This document shows, piece after piece, positions 1 to 10,822 of a stretch of DNA of 64,000 nucleotides (the first letter of the stretch is position 1; every line of letters begins with the position of its first letter). Under the pieces are notes generated by a model. That model did not search any database. It saw only the letters and a list, made by a program, of their open reading frames with translations, and was not told where the DNA came from. Source of the stretch: Escherichia coli (GTDB lineage Bacteria; Pseudomonadota; Gammaproteobacteria; Enterobacterales; Enterobacteriaceae); the NCBI RefSeq assembly GCF_003334335.1, contig NZ_QOWQ01000026.1, one strand, 5' to 3'. The position numbers and the translations under genes were made by a program.

Positions 1-77
1 AGTTATCGTGAGAGTAATTCATCGGCACGTTAAATCATATCAGGCGTAATACCACAACCCTTAAGTTAGCGCTTATG
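1..77 (-). mobile_element. insL: IS186-like insertion sequence, terminal ~77 bp only (window begins inside the element); includes terminal inverted repeat and the first 7 codons of the transposase
   Basis: Minus-strand reading of 1-77 gives CATAAGCGCTAACTTAAGGGTTG... followed by ATG (rc of 20-22) encoding MNYSHDN..., which I recognise as the IS186 terminal repeat and InsL N-terminus; abuts a GC-rich GGGG-N4-CCCC flank at 77-90; not verified by alignment. Confidence 0.65.
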
Positions 78-199
78 GGGTAAACCCCCGGGCGCGTTCC
101 TTTATCAAGATGACGTTCGAATATTCCGGCAGGTGCAGTTTGTTTATTCCAGAAAGGCGTTGAGCGCGTATGAATATAATTCTGTGGGATTTGAAGCAT
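78..199 (-). pseudogene. yeaR: yeaR 5' fragment (DUF1971/TehB-like protein), intact for 41 codons then interrupted at the IS186 junction
   Basis: ATG at 199 (minus) encodes MLQIPQNYIHTRSTPFWNKQTAPAGIFERHLDKGTRPGVYP, then the frame runs into the IS end and stops at 34-36; the expected family continuation (RLSVMHGAVKY...) is absent. Confidence 0.6.
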
Positions 200-265
200 C
201 CTTTTCCCTCCTTCGGTGAATGCGCTGAAAACGGTTTATTCCAGCCGTTTCAGGGTACGCCTGAT

Positions 266-288
266 AATTTGCATTTTAAATACCATTT
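266..288. promoter_or_regulatory. NsrR-like 11-1-11 inverted repeat in the yeaR promoter region
   Basis: AATTTGCATTTTAAATACCATTT resembles the NsrR consensus AAGATGCATTT-N-AAATGCATCTT; lies ~70 nt upstream of the yeaR start. Confidence 0.4.
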
Positions 289-371
289 ATTGGTTACTTT
301 TTAGCACCATATCAGCGAAGAATCAGGGAGGATTATAGATGGGAAGCCCGCGACAACGCGGGCTGAAAGCA

Positions 372-1079
<708 letters not shown>

Positions 1080-1136
1080 TTAGAAAGGAGAAAATCAGGT
1101 TTTAACCTGATATCAACCCGATAATTGAATCATTAA

Positions 1137-2060
1137 TCAGGCATGCTCCAGTGAAAAATTCGGGTAGTGCTCGGCAAAATACTGGCGTAAAAATTCTACC
1201 GTTATCCGCACTTTCGCTGACGTCGCCAGCCTTGAAACATAAACGGCCCAGACGTTCGCTGGCTGGTAATATTCCGGTAGCACTTGCACTAAATGACCAC
1301 TGGCAATGTTTTCGCTAACATCCCACCAGGAACGCAGAGCAATCCCCTGCCCATCGAGACACCACTGATGGACAATTTCTCCATGATTAGACGACAGTGG
1401 GCCGGTGACTTTAATCGCATGGGGGCCTTCTTTATTGCGTAATTGCCAGACACCAAAAGGATGATCGCGCTCTTTAATGACCAGGCACGGCAATGCAGAA
1501 AGATCGGTTAAATGTTTCGGCGCGCCATGTTGCGCAATAAATTCCGGCGACGCGCAGAGAATACGGTAATTGGTCGCCAGTTTGCGGGCGATTAAATTAG
1601 GGGCGATGTCATCGCCAATGCGAATATCGAGATCGACACCTTCATTGACCAAATCGACCAGTCGGTCTTCCACATCAAAACGTAATTCCAGTTGCGGATA
1701 CGCCTTCGCCAGCGCTGATAACGCCGGAGCCACCACCTGTCGTCCAAAACCAAAGCTGCTGATAATACGCAGCATCCCCTGCGGCACCTGACGCACGTCA
1801 GAAAGTTCGTCCATCATCTGACCGACATCCTGCAAAATCCGCTGCGCCCATTCATAAATCCGCTCTCCTTCTTCGGTAATGGTGACGCGGCGGGTGGTGC
1901 GGTGTAACAACACCACGTTTAGCGTTTGCTCCAGCAAGGCGATGCGCTTGCTGACGAACGCCGGTGAAACGCCCAGTTCTTCCGCCACGGCGGCAAAACC
2001 AGCCCGGCGAGCCACCAGCATAAAGACGCGCAAATCATTCAGCAGCGGTAAATTATTCAT
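1137..2060 (-). CDS. dmlR: LysR-family transcriptional regulator of dmlA
   Basis: ORF track 1137..2081; N-terminal HTH; start trimmed to the internal ATG (MNNLPLL...) giving 307 aa; divergent from dmlA. Confidence 0.9.
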   Translation of the reverse strand: MNNLPLLNDLRVFMLVARRAGFAAVAEELGVSPAFVSKRIALLEQTLNVVLLHRTTRRVTITEEGERIYEWAQRILQDVGQMMDELSDVRQVPQGMLRIISSFGFGRQVVAPALSALAKAYPQLELRFDVEDRLVDLVNEGVDLDIRIGDDIAPNLIARKLATNYRILCASPEFIAQHGAPKHLTDLSALPCLVIKERDHPFGVWQLRNKEGPHAIKVTGPLSSNHGEIVHQWCLDGQGIALRSWWDVSENIASGHLVQVLPEYYQPANVWAVYVSRLATSAKVRITVEFLRQYFAEHYPNFSLEHA

Positions 2061-2162
2061 GATTCGTGTTTTATGTTTCACCAGTTACGGGGATTAATTC
2101 CTTTTCAGTCAATTATAGGATGGTGATGTTGTCAATTTTGATGGTCAGGAAGTGAGAACCCA

Positions 2163-3248
2163 ATGATGAAAACGATGCGTATTGCTGCGATCCCGGGAGA
2201 CGGGATTGGCAAAGAAGTCCTTCCTGAAGGGATTCGCGTGTTACAGGCTGCCGCTGAGCGCTGGGGCTTCGCCTTGAGTTTTGAGCAAATGGAGTGGGCG
2301 AGCTGCGAGTATTACAGCCATCACGGTAAAATGATGCCGGACGACTGGCATGAGCAACTTAGCCGTTTCGACGCCATCTATTTTGGTGCCGTCGGCTGGC
2401 CGGATACCGTTCCGGACCATATTTCGTTGTGGGGTTCGCTGCTGAAATTTCGTCGTGAATTCGACCAGTACGTCAACCTGCGCCCGGTTCGTCTCTTTCC
2501 TGGCGTTCCCTGCCCGCTGGCGGGAAAACAGCCTGGCGACATCGATTTTTACGTGGTCAGGGAAAACACCGAAGGCGAATATTCCTCGCTCGGCGGTAGA
2601 GTGAATGAAGGTACAGAGCATGAAGTCGTCATTCAGGAATCGGTATTTACCCGCCGTGGTGTCGATCGCATTTTGCGTTATGCCTTCGAACTTGCGCAAA
2701 GCCGTCCACGTAAGACACTAACTTCTGCCACTAAATCGAACGGTTTAGCCATCAGCATGCCGTACTGGGATGAGCGAGTGGAAGCAATGGCCGAGAATTA
2801 CCCGGAGATCCGCTGGGACAAGCAGCATATTGATATTCTCTGCGCGCGTTTTGTGATGCAGCCGGAACGATTCGATGTGGTGGTGGCGTCCAATTTGTTT
2901 GGCGATATCCTTTCCGATCTTGGCCCGGCCTGCACCGGCACCATTGGCATTGCCCCATCCGCCAACCTGAATCCGGAACGCACTTTCCCGTCGCTCTTCG
3001 AGCCTGTCCACGGTTCCGCGCCGGATATCTACGGGAAAAATATTGCTAACCCTATCGCCACGATTTGGGCCGGGGCAATGATGCTCGATTTTCTCGGCAA
3101 TGGCGATGAGCGTTTCCAGCAAGCGCATAACGGTATTCTGGCAGCAATTGAAGAAGTGATTGCTCACGGGCCGAAAACACCTGATATGAAAGGCAATGCC
3201 ACCACGCCACAGGTTGCCGACGCGATTTGCAAAATTATTTTGCGTTAA
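2163..3248 (+). CDS. dmlA: D-malate dehydrogenase (decarboxylating), isocitrate/isopropylmalate dehydrogenase family
   Basis: ORF track 361 aa; IPMDH/tartrate dehydrogenase-type sequence. Confidence 0.95.
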   Translation: MMKTMRIAAIPGDGIGKEVLPEGIRVLQAAAERWGFALSFEQMEWASCEYYSHHGKMMPDDWHEQLSRFDAIYFGAVGWPDTVPDHISLWGSLLKFRREFDQYVNLRPVRLFPGVPCPLAGKQPGDIDFYVVRENTEGEYSSLGGRVNEGTEHEVVIQESVFTRRGVDRILRYAFELAQSRPRKTLTSATKSNGLAISMPYWDERVEAMAENYPEIRWDKQHIDILCARFVMQPERFDVVVASNLFGDILSDLGPACTGTIGIAPSANLNPERTFPSLFEPVHGSAPDIYGKNIANPIATIWAGAMMLDFLGNGDERFQQAHNGILAAIEEVIAHGPKTPDMKGNATTPQVADAICKIILR

Positions 3249-3267
3249 GGTCAAACCAGTTTATTTG

Positions 3268-3294
3268 AACCGCGTCACTGACGCGGTTTTTTTA
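3268..3294 (+). terminator. rho-independent terminator after dmlA
   Basis: Hairpin ACCGCGTCACTGACGCGGT followed by an 8-T run. Confidence 0.65.
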
Positions 3295-3438
3295 TTCGTT
3301 CTTTGCAGTAAATAACCTGCGTCATTTCACCTTTTATTGTTTCCGTTTCGTGTTTTATGGCTTTCCGTATTCTTAATTGTTTAATTTATGTAACATGCAA
3401 ATTTTGTTACGCGTACGTTAGGTTCCGCCGTACAGGTA

Positions 3439-4884
3439 TTGGTTTTGCTGGCAATGGGACTGGTGATTTATTTAGCCACCAGTAAATACGGCAATATTCG
3501 TCTTGGCGAAGGAAAACCGGAATACAGCACGCTCTCCTGGCTGTTTATGTTTATTTGTGCCGGTTTAGGTTCTTCTACGCTTTATTGGGGGGTTGCTGAA
3601 TGGGCCTATTATTATCAAACACCTGGATTAAATATCGCACCGCGTTCACAACAGGCACTCGAATTTAGCGTTCCCTACTCTTTCTTCCACTGGGGCATCA
3701 GCGCCTGGGCAACTTATACGCTGGCCTCATTAATCATGGCTTATCACTTTCATGTGCGGAAAAACAAAGGTCTGAGCCTTTCCGGCATTATTGCTGCTAT
3801 TACCGGCGTTCGCCCGCAAGGCCCATGGGGAAAACTGGTCGATTTGATGTTCCTGATCGCCACTGTCGGCGCACTGACCATTTCCCTTGTTGTTACCGCA
3901 GCAACCTTTACCCGTGGGCTTTCCGCGCTGACCGGTTTACCCGATAACTTCACCGTGCAGGCATTTGTGATCCTGCTTTCCGGCGGCATTTTTTGCCTAA
4001 GCTCGTGGATTGGTATCAACAACGGTTTGCAACGTCTGAGCAAAATGGTTGGCTGGGGCGCGTTCCTGCTGCCATTACTGGTGCTGATTGTCGGCCCAAC
4101 CGAATTTATTACCAACAGCATCATCAATGCCATCGGCCTGACCACGCAAAACTTCCTGCAAATGAGCTTATTCACCGATCCGCTTGGCGATGGTTCATTT
4201 ACCCGCAACTGGACCGTTTTCTACTGGCTGTGGTGGATCTCATACACCCCTGGCGTAGCAATGTTTGTCACCCGCGTTTCCCGCGGTCGTAAGATTAAAG
4301 AAGTTATCTGGGGACTGATCCTCGGCAGCACCGTCGGTTGCTGGTTCTTCTTTGGCGTAATGGAAAGCTATGCCATTCATCAGTTTATCAATGGCGTAAT
4401 CAACGTCCCACAGGTGCTGGAAACACTGGGCGGCGAAACAGCTGTACAGCAAGTTCTGATGTCGTTGCCAGCCGGTAAATTGTTCCTCGCCGCATACCTG
4501 GGCGTGATGATTATTTTCCTTGCCTCGCATATGGATGCAGTGGCCTACACCATGGCGGCGACCAGTACGCGTAATCTCCAGGAAGGTGACGATCCTGACC
4601 GTGGGCTGCGTCTTTTCTGGTGCGTGGTGATCACTCTGATCCCGCTTTCCATCTTGTTTACCGGTGCTTCGCTGGAAACGATGAAAACCACCGTCGTGCT
4701 CACAGCCCTTCCCTTCCTCGTCATTTTACTGGTGAAAGTCGGCGGGTTTATTCGCTGGCTGAAACAGGATTACGCCGACATTCCGGCTCATCAAGTTGAA
4801 CATTATCTCCCGCAGACACCGGTTGAAGCCCTGGAAAAAACGCCAGTGCTCCCTGCAGGAACCGTATTCAAAGGCGACAACTGA
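3439..4884 (+). CDS. yeaV: BCCT-family transporter (betaine/carnitine/choline type)
   Basis: ORF track 481 aa, polytopic membrane protein; immediately upstream of yeaW/yeaX. Confidence 0.9.
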
Positions 4885-4915
4885 GCGCCATCATCCTAAC
4901 GATAAAGGTATCCCT

Positions 4916-6040
4916 ATGAGCAATCTGAGCCCTGACTTTGTACTACCCGAAAATTTTTGCGCTAACCCGCAAGAGGCGTGGACCATTCCTGCCCGTTTTT
5001 ATACCGATCAGAACGCGTTTGAACACGAAAAAGAGAACGTCTTCGCCAAAAGCTGGATTTGCGTCGCTCACAGCAGCGAACTGGCGAATGCCAATGATTA
5101 TGTGACGCGTGAGATCATTGGCGAAAGCATCGTGCTGGTACGCGGTCGTGATAAGGTTTTGCGCGCGTTCTATAACGTGTGTCCGCACCGTGGTCATCAG
5201 TTGTTGAGCGGTGAAGGAAAAGCAAAAAATGTGATTACCTGCCCGTATCACGCATGGGCATTCAAACTCGATGGCAACCTGGCCCATGCACGTAACTGCG
5301 AAAACGTCGCCAATTTCGATAGCGACAAAGCGCAACTGGTTCCGGTGCGTCTGGAAGAATATGCCGGATTCGTCTTCATCAACATGGACCCCAACGCCAC
5401 CAGCGTAGAAGATCAATTACCCGGCCTGGGCGCGAAAGTGCTGGAAGCCTGCCCGGAAGTCCACGATCTGAAACTGGCGGCCCGCTTTACCACCCGCACG
5501 CCTGCCAACTGGAAGAACATTGTCGATAACTATCTCGAGTGCTATCACTGTGGTCCGGCGCATCCAGGTTTCTCCGACTCCGTACAGGTTGATCGTTACT
5601 GGCACACCATGCACGGTAACTGGACGCTGCAATACGGTTTCGCCAAACCGTCCGAACAGTCGTTTAAATTTGAAGAGGGTACGGATGCGGCATTCCACGG
5701 TTTCTGGCTGTGGCCGTGCACGATGCTGAACGTCACCCCGATCAAAGGGATGATGACGGTCATTTATGAATTCCCGGTGGATTCTGAAACTACCCTGCAA
5801 AACTACGATATTTACTTCACCAATGAAGAGTTAACCGACGAGCAAAAATCGCTGATTGAGTGGTATCGCGATGTGTTCCGTCCGGAAGATTTACGTCTGG
5901 TTGAAAGCGTACAGAAAGGGCTGAAATCGCGTGGCTATCGTGGTCAGGGGCGCATCATGGCCGACAGTAGCGGTAGTGGCATTTCCGAACATGGTATCGC
6001 CCATTTCCATAATCTGCTGGCGCAGGTGTTTAAGGACTAA
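4916..6040 (+). CDS. yeaW: Rieske [2Fe-2S] non-heme iron oxygenase subunit (carnitine monooxygenase-type)
   Basis: ORF track 4796..6040 trimmed to ATG 4916 (MSNLSPDF..., 374 aa) with AAAGG SD; CxH...CxxH Rieske motif visible (CPHRGH...CPYHAW). Confidence 0.9.
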   Translation: MSNLSPDFVLPENFCANPQEAWTIPARFYTDQNAFEHEKENVFAKSWICVAHSSELANANDYVTREIIGESIVLVRGRDKVLRAFYNVCPHRGHQLLSGEGKAKNVITCPYHAWAFKLDGNLAHARNCENVANFDSDKAQLVPVRLEEYAGFVFINMDPNATSVEDQLPGLGAKVLEACPEVHDLKLAARFTTRTPANWKNIVDNYLECYHCGPAHPGFSDSVQVDRYWHTMHGNWTLQYGFAKPSEQSFKFEEGTDAAFHGFWLWPCTMLNVTPIKGMMTVIYEFPVDSETTLQNYDIYFTNEELTDEQKSLIEWYRDVFRPEDLRLVESVQKGLKSRGYRGQGRIMADSSGSGISEHGIAHFHNLLAQVFKD

Positions 6041-6095
6041 TGACATCGGCGGCGGTATTTTCCGCCGCTGGGCTGATTTTTGATGGAGTACAGCA

Positions 6096-7061
6096 ATGTC
6101 AGACTATCAAATGTTTGAAGTACAGGTGAGCCAGGTTGAACCCCTTACCGAACAGGTGAAACGCTTCACGCTGGTGGCAACCGATGGCAAACCATTACCT
6201 GCGTTTACCGGAGGAAGTCACGTCATTGTGCAGATGAGCGATGGTGATAACCAGTACAGCAATGCGTATTCACTACTGAGTTCGCCGCATGACACCTCTT
6301 GTTATCAGATTGCCGTTCGGCTGGAGGAAAACTCGCGCGGCGGTTCCCGCTTTTTGCATCAGCAGGTAAAAGTGGGCGATCGGTTAACGATTTCAACGCC
6401 TAATAACCTGTTTGCGCTAATTCCCTCAGCCAGAAAGCATCTGTTTATCGCGGGCGGTATTGGTATCACCCCTTTCCTGTCGCACATGGCAGAGCTGCAA
6501 CACAGCGACGTCGACTGGCAGCTACATTACTGCTCGCGAAATCCAGAAAGTTGCGCATTTCGTGATGAGCTAGTCCAGCATCCGCAGGCTGAGAAAGTCC
6601 ATTTGCATCATTCATCAACCGGAACACGACTGGAATTAGCGCGATTATTGGCGGATATCGAACCTGGCACACACGTTTATACCTGTGGCCCCGAGGCGCT
6701 AATTGAAGCGGTAAGAAGTGAAGCTGCGCGTCTGGACATCGCCGCCGATACGCTGCACTTTGAGCAATTTGCTATCGAAGACAAAACCGGCGATGCATTT
6801 ACCCTGGTGCTTGCCCGTTCCGGAAAAGAGTTTGTGGTGCCGGAAGAGATGACTATTTTGCAGGTTATTGAAAATAATAAAGCCGCGAAAGTGGAATGTT
6901 TATGTCGTGAAGGGGTATGCGGAACCTGCGAAACAGCAATACTGGAAGGTGAAGCTGACCATCGGGATCAATATTTTAGCGATGAAGAGCGTGCCAGCCA
7001 GCAAAGTATGTTGATCTGTTGTTCGCGTGCGAAGGGTAAACGCCTGGTGTTGGATTTGTAG
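6096..7061 (+). CDS. yeaX: oxidoreductase/reductase partner of YeaW (FMN/FAD-NAD binding plus C-terminal 2Fe-2S ferredoxin domain)
   Basis: ORF track 321 aa; C-terminal CxxxxCxxC...C ferredoxin motif (CREGVCGTCE...C). Confidence 0.9.
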   Translation: MSDYQMFEVQVSQVEPLTEQVKRFTLVATDGKPLPAFTGGSHVIVQMSDGDNQYSNAYSLLSSPHDTSCYQIAVRLEENSRGGSRFLHQQVKVGDRLTISTPNNLFALIPSARKHLFIAGGIGITPFLSHMAELQHSDVDWQLHYCSRNPESCAFRDELVQHPQAEKVHLHHSSTGTRLELARLLADIEPGTHVYTCGPEALIEAVRSEAARLDIAADTLHFEQFAIEDKTGDAFTLVLARSGKEFVVPEEMTILQVIENNKAAKVECLCREGVCGTCETAILEGEADHRDQYFSDEERASQQSMLICCSRAKGKRLVLDL

Positions 7062-7065
7062 TTTG

Positions 7066-7108
7066 CCGAAGCCGGATGTGGCGCTGAGCGCGCCCAGTCC
7101 GGCTTCGG
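7066..7108. repeat. REP-like palindromic element between convergent yeaX and rnd
   Basis: Inverted repeat CCGAAGCCGGA ... TCCGGCTTCGG with GC-rich loop; resembles REP (GCCGGATG...) motifs. Confidence 0.5.
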
Positions 7109-7114
7109 AAGATT

Positions 7115-8242
7115 TTACTGCGGATATTCCTGCAATAAATTGTGTAATGCTTCCGCCATCAGCTCACCACGCCAGCCGGAAATCAGCTCCGGCAAATTGT
7201 TCTGCGGTTTCAGTTTCCAGTGCCAGTTCAGCAGTTGGTTGATTTGCCGACGCGATGCCAGCAATTCGGCGCTGATCTTATGCGTTTCGCTCACGTCAGT
7301 AATCAGCGACTTAATCGCTTTAAACGCTTTACGATAACCCGGCATGTCCATCAGGTTAAGCATCGGCTGCGGTAAGGCATCTTCCGGCAATGTCTGCGCT
7401 TTTTCCACCAGCGCTAGCAGCGTTTTACCGTGAAAGCGGATTTCGCTACCGGATAAACCCAGGCTGTCCAGTTCGCCTAAACTTCCCGGCATATAACGCG
7501 CTACCGACCACAAATGCTCTTCACGCACGACAAAGTTCACCGCCAGATCGCGCTCTCGCGCCTTGCGCAGTCGCCAGTCGGCTAACAGTTGCAGACAGGC
7601 CAGTTGGCGTGTGCGTAATTGCCAGGCATTGGTGATATCACGCCAGGCATCTTCCGGCGCAACGACTTCCTGACGACGCATTTGCATCAGGCGGCATTCA
7701 TCCAGCGCCGCAGGTAGCCAGCCGGAGGCCTCCGTTTCTACCATAAGCTTGGCGGTGATCGGTAACAGATACCAGACATCCGCCGCTGCGTATTCACACT
7801 GACGTTCGGTCAGCGGTCTGGCCAGCCAGTCGGTGCGCGATTCACTCTTGTCCAGCGTAACGCCGGAATACTCTTCCACCATGGAAGCGAAACCCCATGA
7901 CATCGGGCGTCCGCAGAAGGCAGCAAGGATTTGCGTGTCAATCAAGGGTTGTGGTAATTCGCCAAAGACATTGAGGAACACTTCCAGATCTTCACTGCCT
8001 GCATGGAGAAATTTTGTGATGGACGGATCGCGCAGGATCGCTTTCAGCGGTGACCAGTCGGTGATCCCGAGTGGATCGATTAGCGCCAGATGCTCGCCAT
8101 CGAAAAGTTGAATCAACCCCAGCTGCGGGTAATAAGTGCGCGTACGAACAAATTCAGTATCCAGGGCTATCGCCGGAAAGGCACGGACGGCTTCACACAA
8201 AGAAGCCAGCGCATCGTCCGTGGTAATCATTTGGTAATTCAA
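7115..8242 (-). CDS. rnd: ribonuclease D
   Basis: ORF track 375 aa; start codon is TTG (rc of 8240-8242), as reported for E. coli rnd. Confidence 0.9.
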   Translation of the reverse strand: MNYQMITTDDALASLCEAVRAFPAIALDTEFVRTRTYYPQLGLIQLFDGEHLALIDPLGITDWSPLKAILRDPSITKFLHAGSEDLEVFLNVFGELPQPLIDTQILAAFCGRPMSWGFASMVEEYSGVTLDKSESRTDWLARPLTERQCEYAAADVWYLLPITAKLMVETEASGWLPAALDECRLMQMRRQEVVAPEDAWRDITNAWQLRTRQLACLQLLADWRLRKARERDLAVNFVVREEHLWSVARYMPGSLGELDSLGLSGSEIRFHGKTLLALVEKAQTLPEDALPQPMLNLMDMPGYRKAFKAIKSLITDVSETHKISAELLASRRQINQLLNWHWKLKPQNNLPELISGWRGELMAEALHNLLQEYPQ

Positions 8243-8266
8243 ATTGTTTTCTCTTTAGTGGGCGTC

Positions 8267-8291
8267 AAAAAAAACGCCGGATTAACCGGCG
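8267..8291 (-). terminator. rho-independent terminator downstream of fadD, in the rnd leader
   Basis: Minus strand CGCCGGTTAATCCGGCG hairpin followed by T8. Confidence 0.65.
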
Positions 8292-8311
8292 TCTGACGAC
8301 TGACTTAACGC

Positions 8312-9997
8312 TCAGGCTTTATTGTCCACTTTGCCGCGCGCTTCGTCACGTAATTCTCGTCGCAAAATTTTTCCGACGTTAGATTTCGGTAACTCATCAC
8401 GAAACTCCACCAGCTTCGGTACTTTGTATCCCGTGAGCTGACGGCGGCAAAAAGTCACCAGTGACTCTTCGGTAAGCGATGGATCTTTTTTCACTACGAA
8501 GATTTTCACCGCTTCACCACTGGAGCCGGAAGGTACGCCAACAGCCGCGACTTCCTGTACGCCAGGATGCTGCATGACGACATCTTCAATCTCGTTGGGA
8601 TAGACGTTAAAACCGGAAACCAGAATCATGTCTTTTTTACGATCGACAATGCGCAGGAATCCTTCTTCATCCATTACCGCGATGTCGCCGGTGTGTAACC
8701 AGCCATTTTTGATGATTTCATCGGTAGCATCGGGACGCTGCCAGTAACCCAGCATCACCTGCGGTCCTTTGACACAAAGCTCACCCGGTTGACCTGGTGG
8801 TACTTCATTATCATCATCATCCACCAGTTTGGCTTCCGTCGACGGCACCGGCAAACCGATGCTACCACTATGATAATCAATATCATATGGGTTAACGCTG
8901 ACCAGCGGCGCACACTCGGTAAGGCCATAGCCTTCCAGCAGATACTGTCCGGTCAGTTTCACCCAACGCTCTGCCACCACTTGCTGCACTGGCATCCCAC
9001 CGCCTGCGGAAAGATGCAGACTGGAGAAATCCAGCTGCTGGAACTCTTTATTGTTCAGCAACGCATTGAACAAGGTGTTAACGCCCGTGATAGCGGTAAA
9101 CGGATATTTCGCTAACTCTTTTACCAACCCTGGAATATCGCGCGGGTTAGTGATAAGCAGGTTCTGCCCACCCAGTTCGATAAACAGCAGGCAGTTAATG
9201 GTCAGGGCAAAAATGTGATACAGCGGCAGCGCCGTCACCACCAGCTCTTTGCCCGGATGCAACAGCGGACCATAGGTCGCGTTAACCTGTTCCAGGTTCG
9301 CCAGCATATTGCGGTGAGTCAGCATCGCGCCTTTCGCCACACCAGTGGTGCCGCCGGTGTATTGCAGAAAAGCTAAATCTTCCGGCACCAGTTCGGGTTT
9401 GACGTACTGCATCCGGTAGCCGTTATGCAGTGCGCTACGAAATGAAATGGCATCTGGCAGATGGTATTTCGGCACCAAACGCTTGATGTATTTAACAACG
9501 AAATTGACTACCGTGCCTTTTGCCGTAGATAGCTGATCGCCCATACGGGTCAGAATTACGTGCTGAACGGCGGTTTTATCAACCACTTTTTCCAGTGTGT
9601 GAGCAAAGTTAGACACGATAACAATCGCCGATGCGCCGCTATCGTTAAGCTGATGCTCAAGCTCACGCGGGGTATACAACGGGTTAACGTTTACGACGAT
9701 CATCCCGGCACGCAAAATGCCAAACAGCGCCACCGGATATTGCAATAAATTAGGCATCATCAACGCAACGCGATCGCCTTTCTTCAGCCCCAACCCTTGT
9801 TGCAAATAAGCGGCAAACGCGCGACTGCGTTCTTCCAGCTTGCGGAAGGTCATTACCTCCCCCATATTCACAAACGCAGGTTGATCGGCGTAGCGCGCGA
9901 CCGACTGCTCAAACATATCTACCAGAGATTGATAACGGTCAGGGTTGATCTCCGTCGGAACGTCCGCGGGATAACGGTTAAGCCAAACCTTCTTCAA
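8312..9997 (-). CDS. fadD: long-chain fatty acid-CoA ligase
   Basis: ORF track 8312..10063; trimmed to TTG start at 9997 (read as [10 protein letters not shown]..., 561 aa) with GAGGTGA SD; AMP-binding motifs. Confidence 0.9.
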
Positions 9998-10069
9998 TTC
10001 TTCACCTCTAAAATGCGTGTTCGTCGTCATCGCAACCCCAAATGATATACATGCCGTTAACATAATATT

Positions 10070-10086
10070 AACTCATCATACCAGCT
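10070..10086. promoter_or_regulatory. FadR operator in the fadD promoter
   Basis: Minus strand AGCTGGTATGATGAGTT matches the FadR box (ANCTGGTCNGACCNGNT-type) ~75 nt upstream of the fadD start. Confidence 0.6.
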
Positions 10087-10201
10087 TGATAATTACCCAA
10101 CGAAAAGGTTGCGAAGCGCGTCACTATTTATTTTTATCTTTACCGTAAGAATGCAGAAACAGCGGACCAGCCGCTGTTTCTTTTTCTTTAAAAACAAGCA
10201 A

Positions 10202-10783
10202 TTATTCAGTTACAACTGTTTGTACTCTCGCGGGGCCGGGATTATACCAGCCCCATCCGCCGTAGCCATAGGGCCAGCCACGACCGCCATAAAACCATGG
10301 ATCAATCGGCTGAGGCGGCATAATCACCTGCTGGGTTAAATGCCAACGTTTGTAACCCGTTACTTGCATCACCATAAATTTATAGGGCGTATTGCCGATT
10401 TTGCCGTCAACCGCACCAGTGATTGGCCCGACTACCGTAACCAGTTGTCCACGGAAATCCACCGGGTCCAGAAAACCGTTCACATCGGCATAAATGCGAC
10501 CGCGAGAAAGTTCTCCCAGCGTCGGTCTGGCTCCGCTGTCCAGCGGTACGGTAGCAATTTCCAGGCGAGTTTTCCCTTGCTGGTTTTGTACCGCAACCAC
10601 TTTGCCACCAAAGCGTGCCTCCTGACCAACGTACAGCTGCGGCGCACTCATCACCCGAACTAAATCTTGTTGCGGCGTGGGACTGCTGCCTTTAATGGCG
10701 TCCGGCACAGTGACACAACCGCTCAGCATTAGCGCAAACGTACCTGCCAGTATGCCTTTGATAACATTCTTTTGAACCGCCAT
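10202..10783 (-). CDS. yeaY: Slp-family outer membrane lipoprotein
   Basis: ORF track 193 aa; signal peptide with lipobox LSGC. Confidence 0.85.
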   Translation of the reverse strand: MAVQKNVIKGILAGTFALMLSGCVTVPDAIKGSSPTPQQDLVRVMSAPQLYVGQEARFGGKVVAVQNQQGKTRLEIATVPLDSGARPTLGELSRGRIYADVNGFLDPVDFRGQLVTVVGPITGAVDGKIGNTPYKFMVMQVTGYKRWHLTQQVIMPPQPIDPWFYGGRGWPYGYGGWGWYNPGPARVQTVVTE

Positions 10784-10822
10784 GGTGCGACTCCTTTTTT
10801 TCTCAGGGCATACTCTTAAGAT

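Noticed and set aside
10148-10185. Second FadR operator or terminator hairpin (CAGCGGACCAGCCGCTG) between yeaY and fadD
   Set aside because: Ambiguous: the palindrome could be the yeaY terminator stem or a distal FadR site; the sequence alone does not discriminate.
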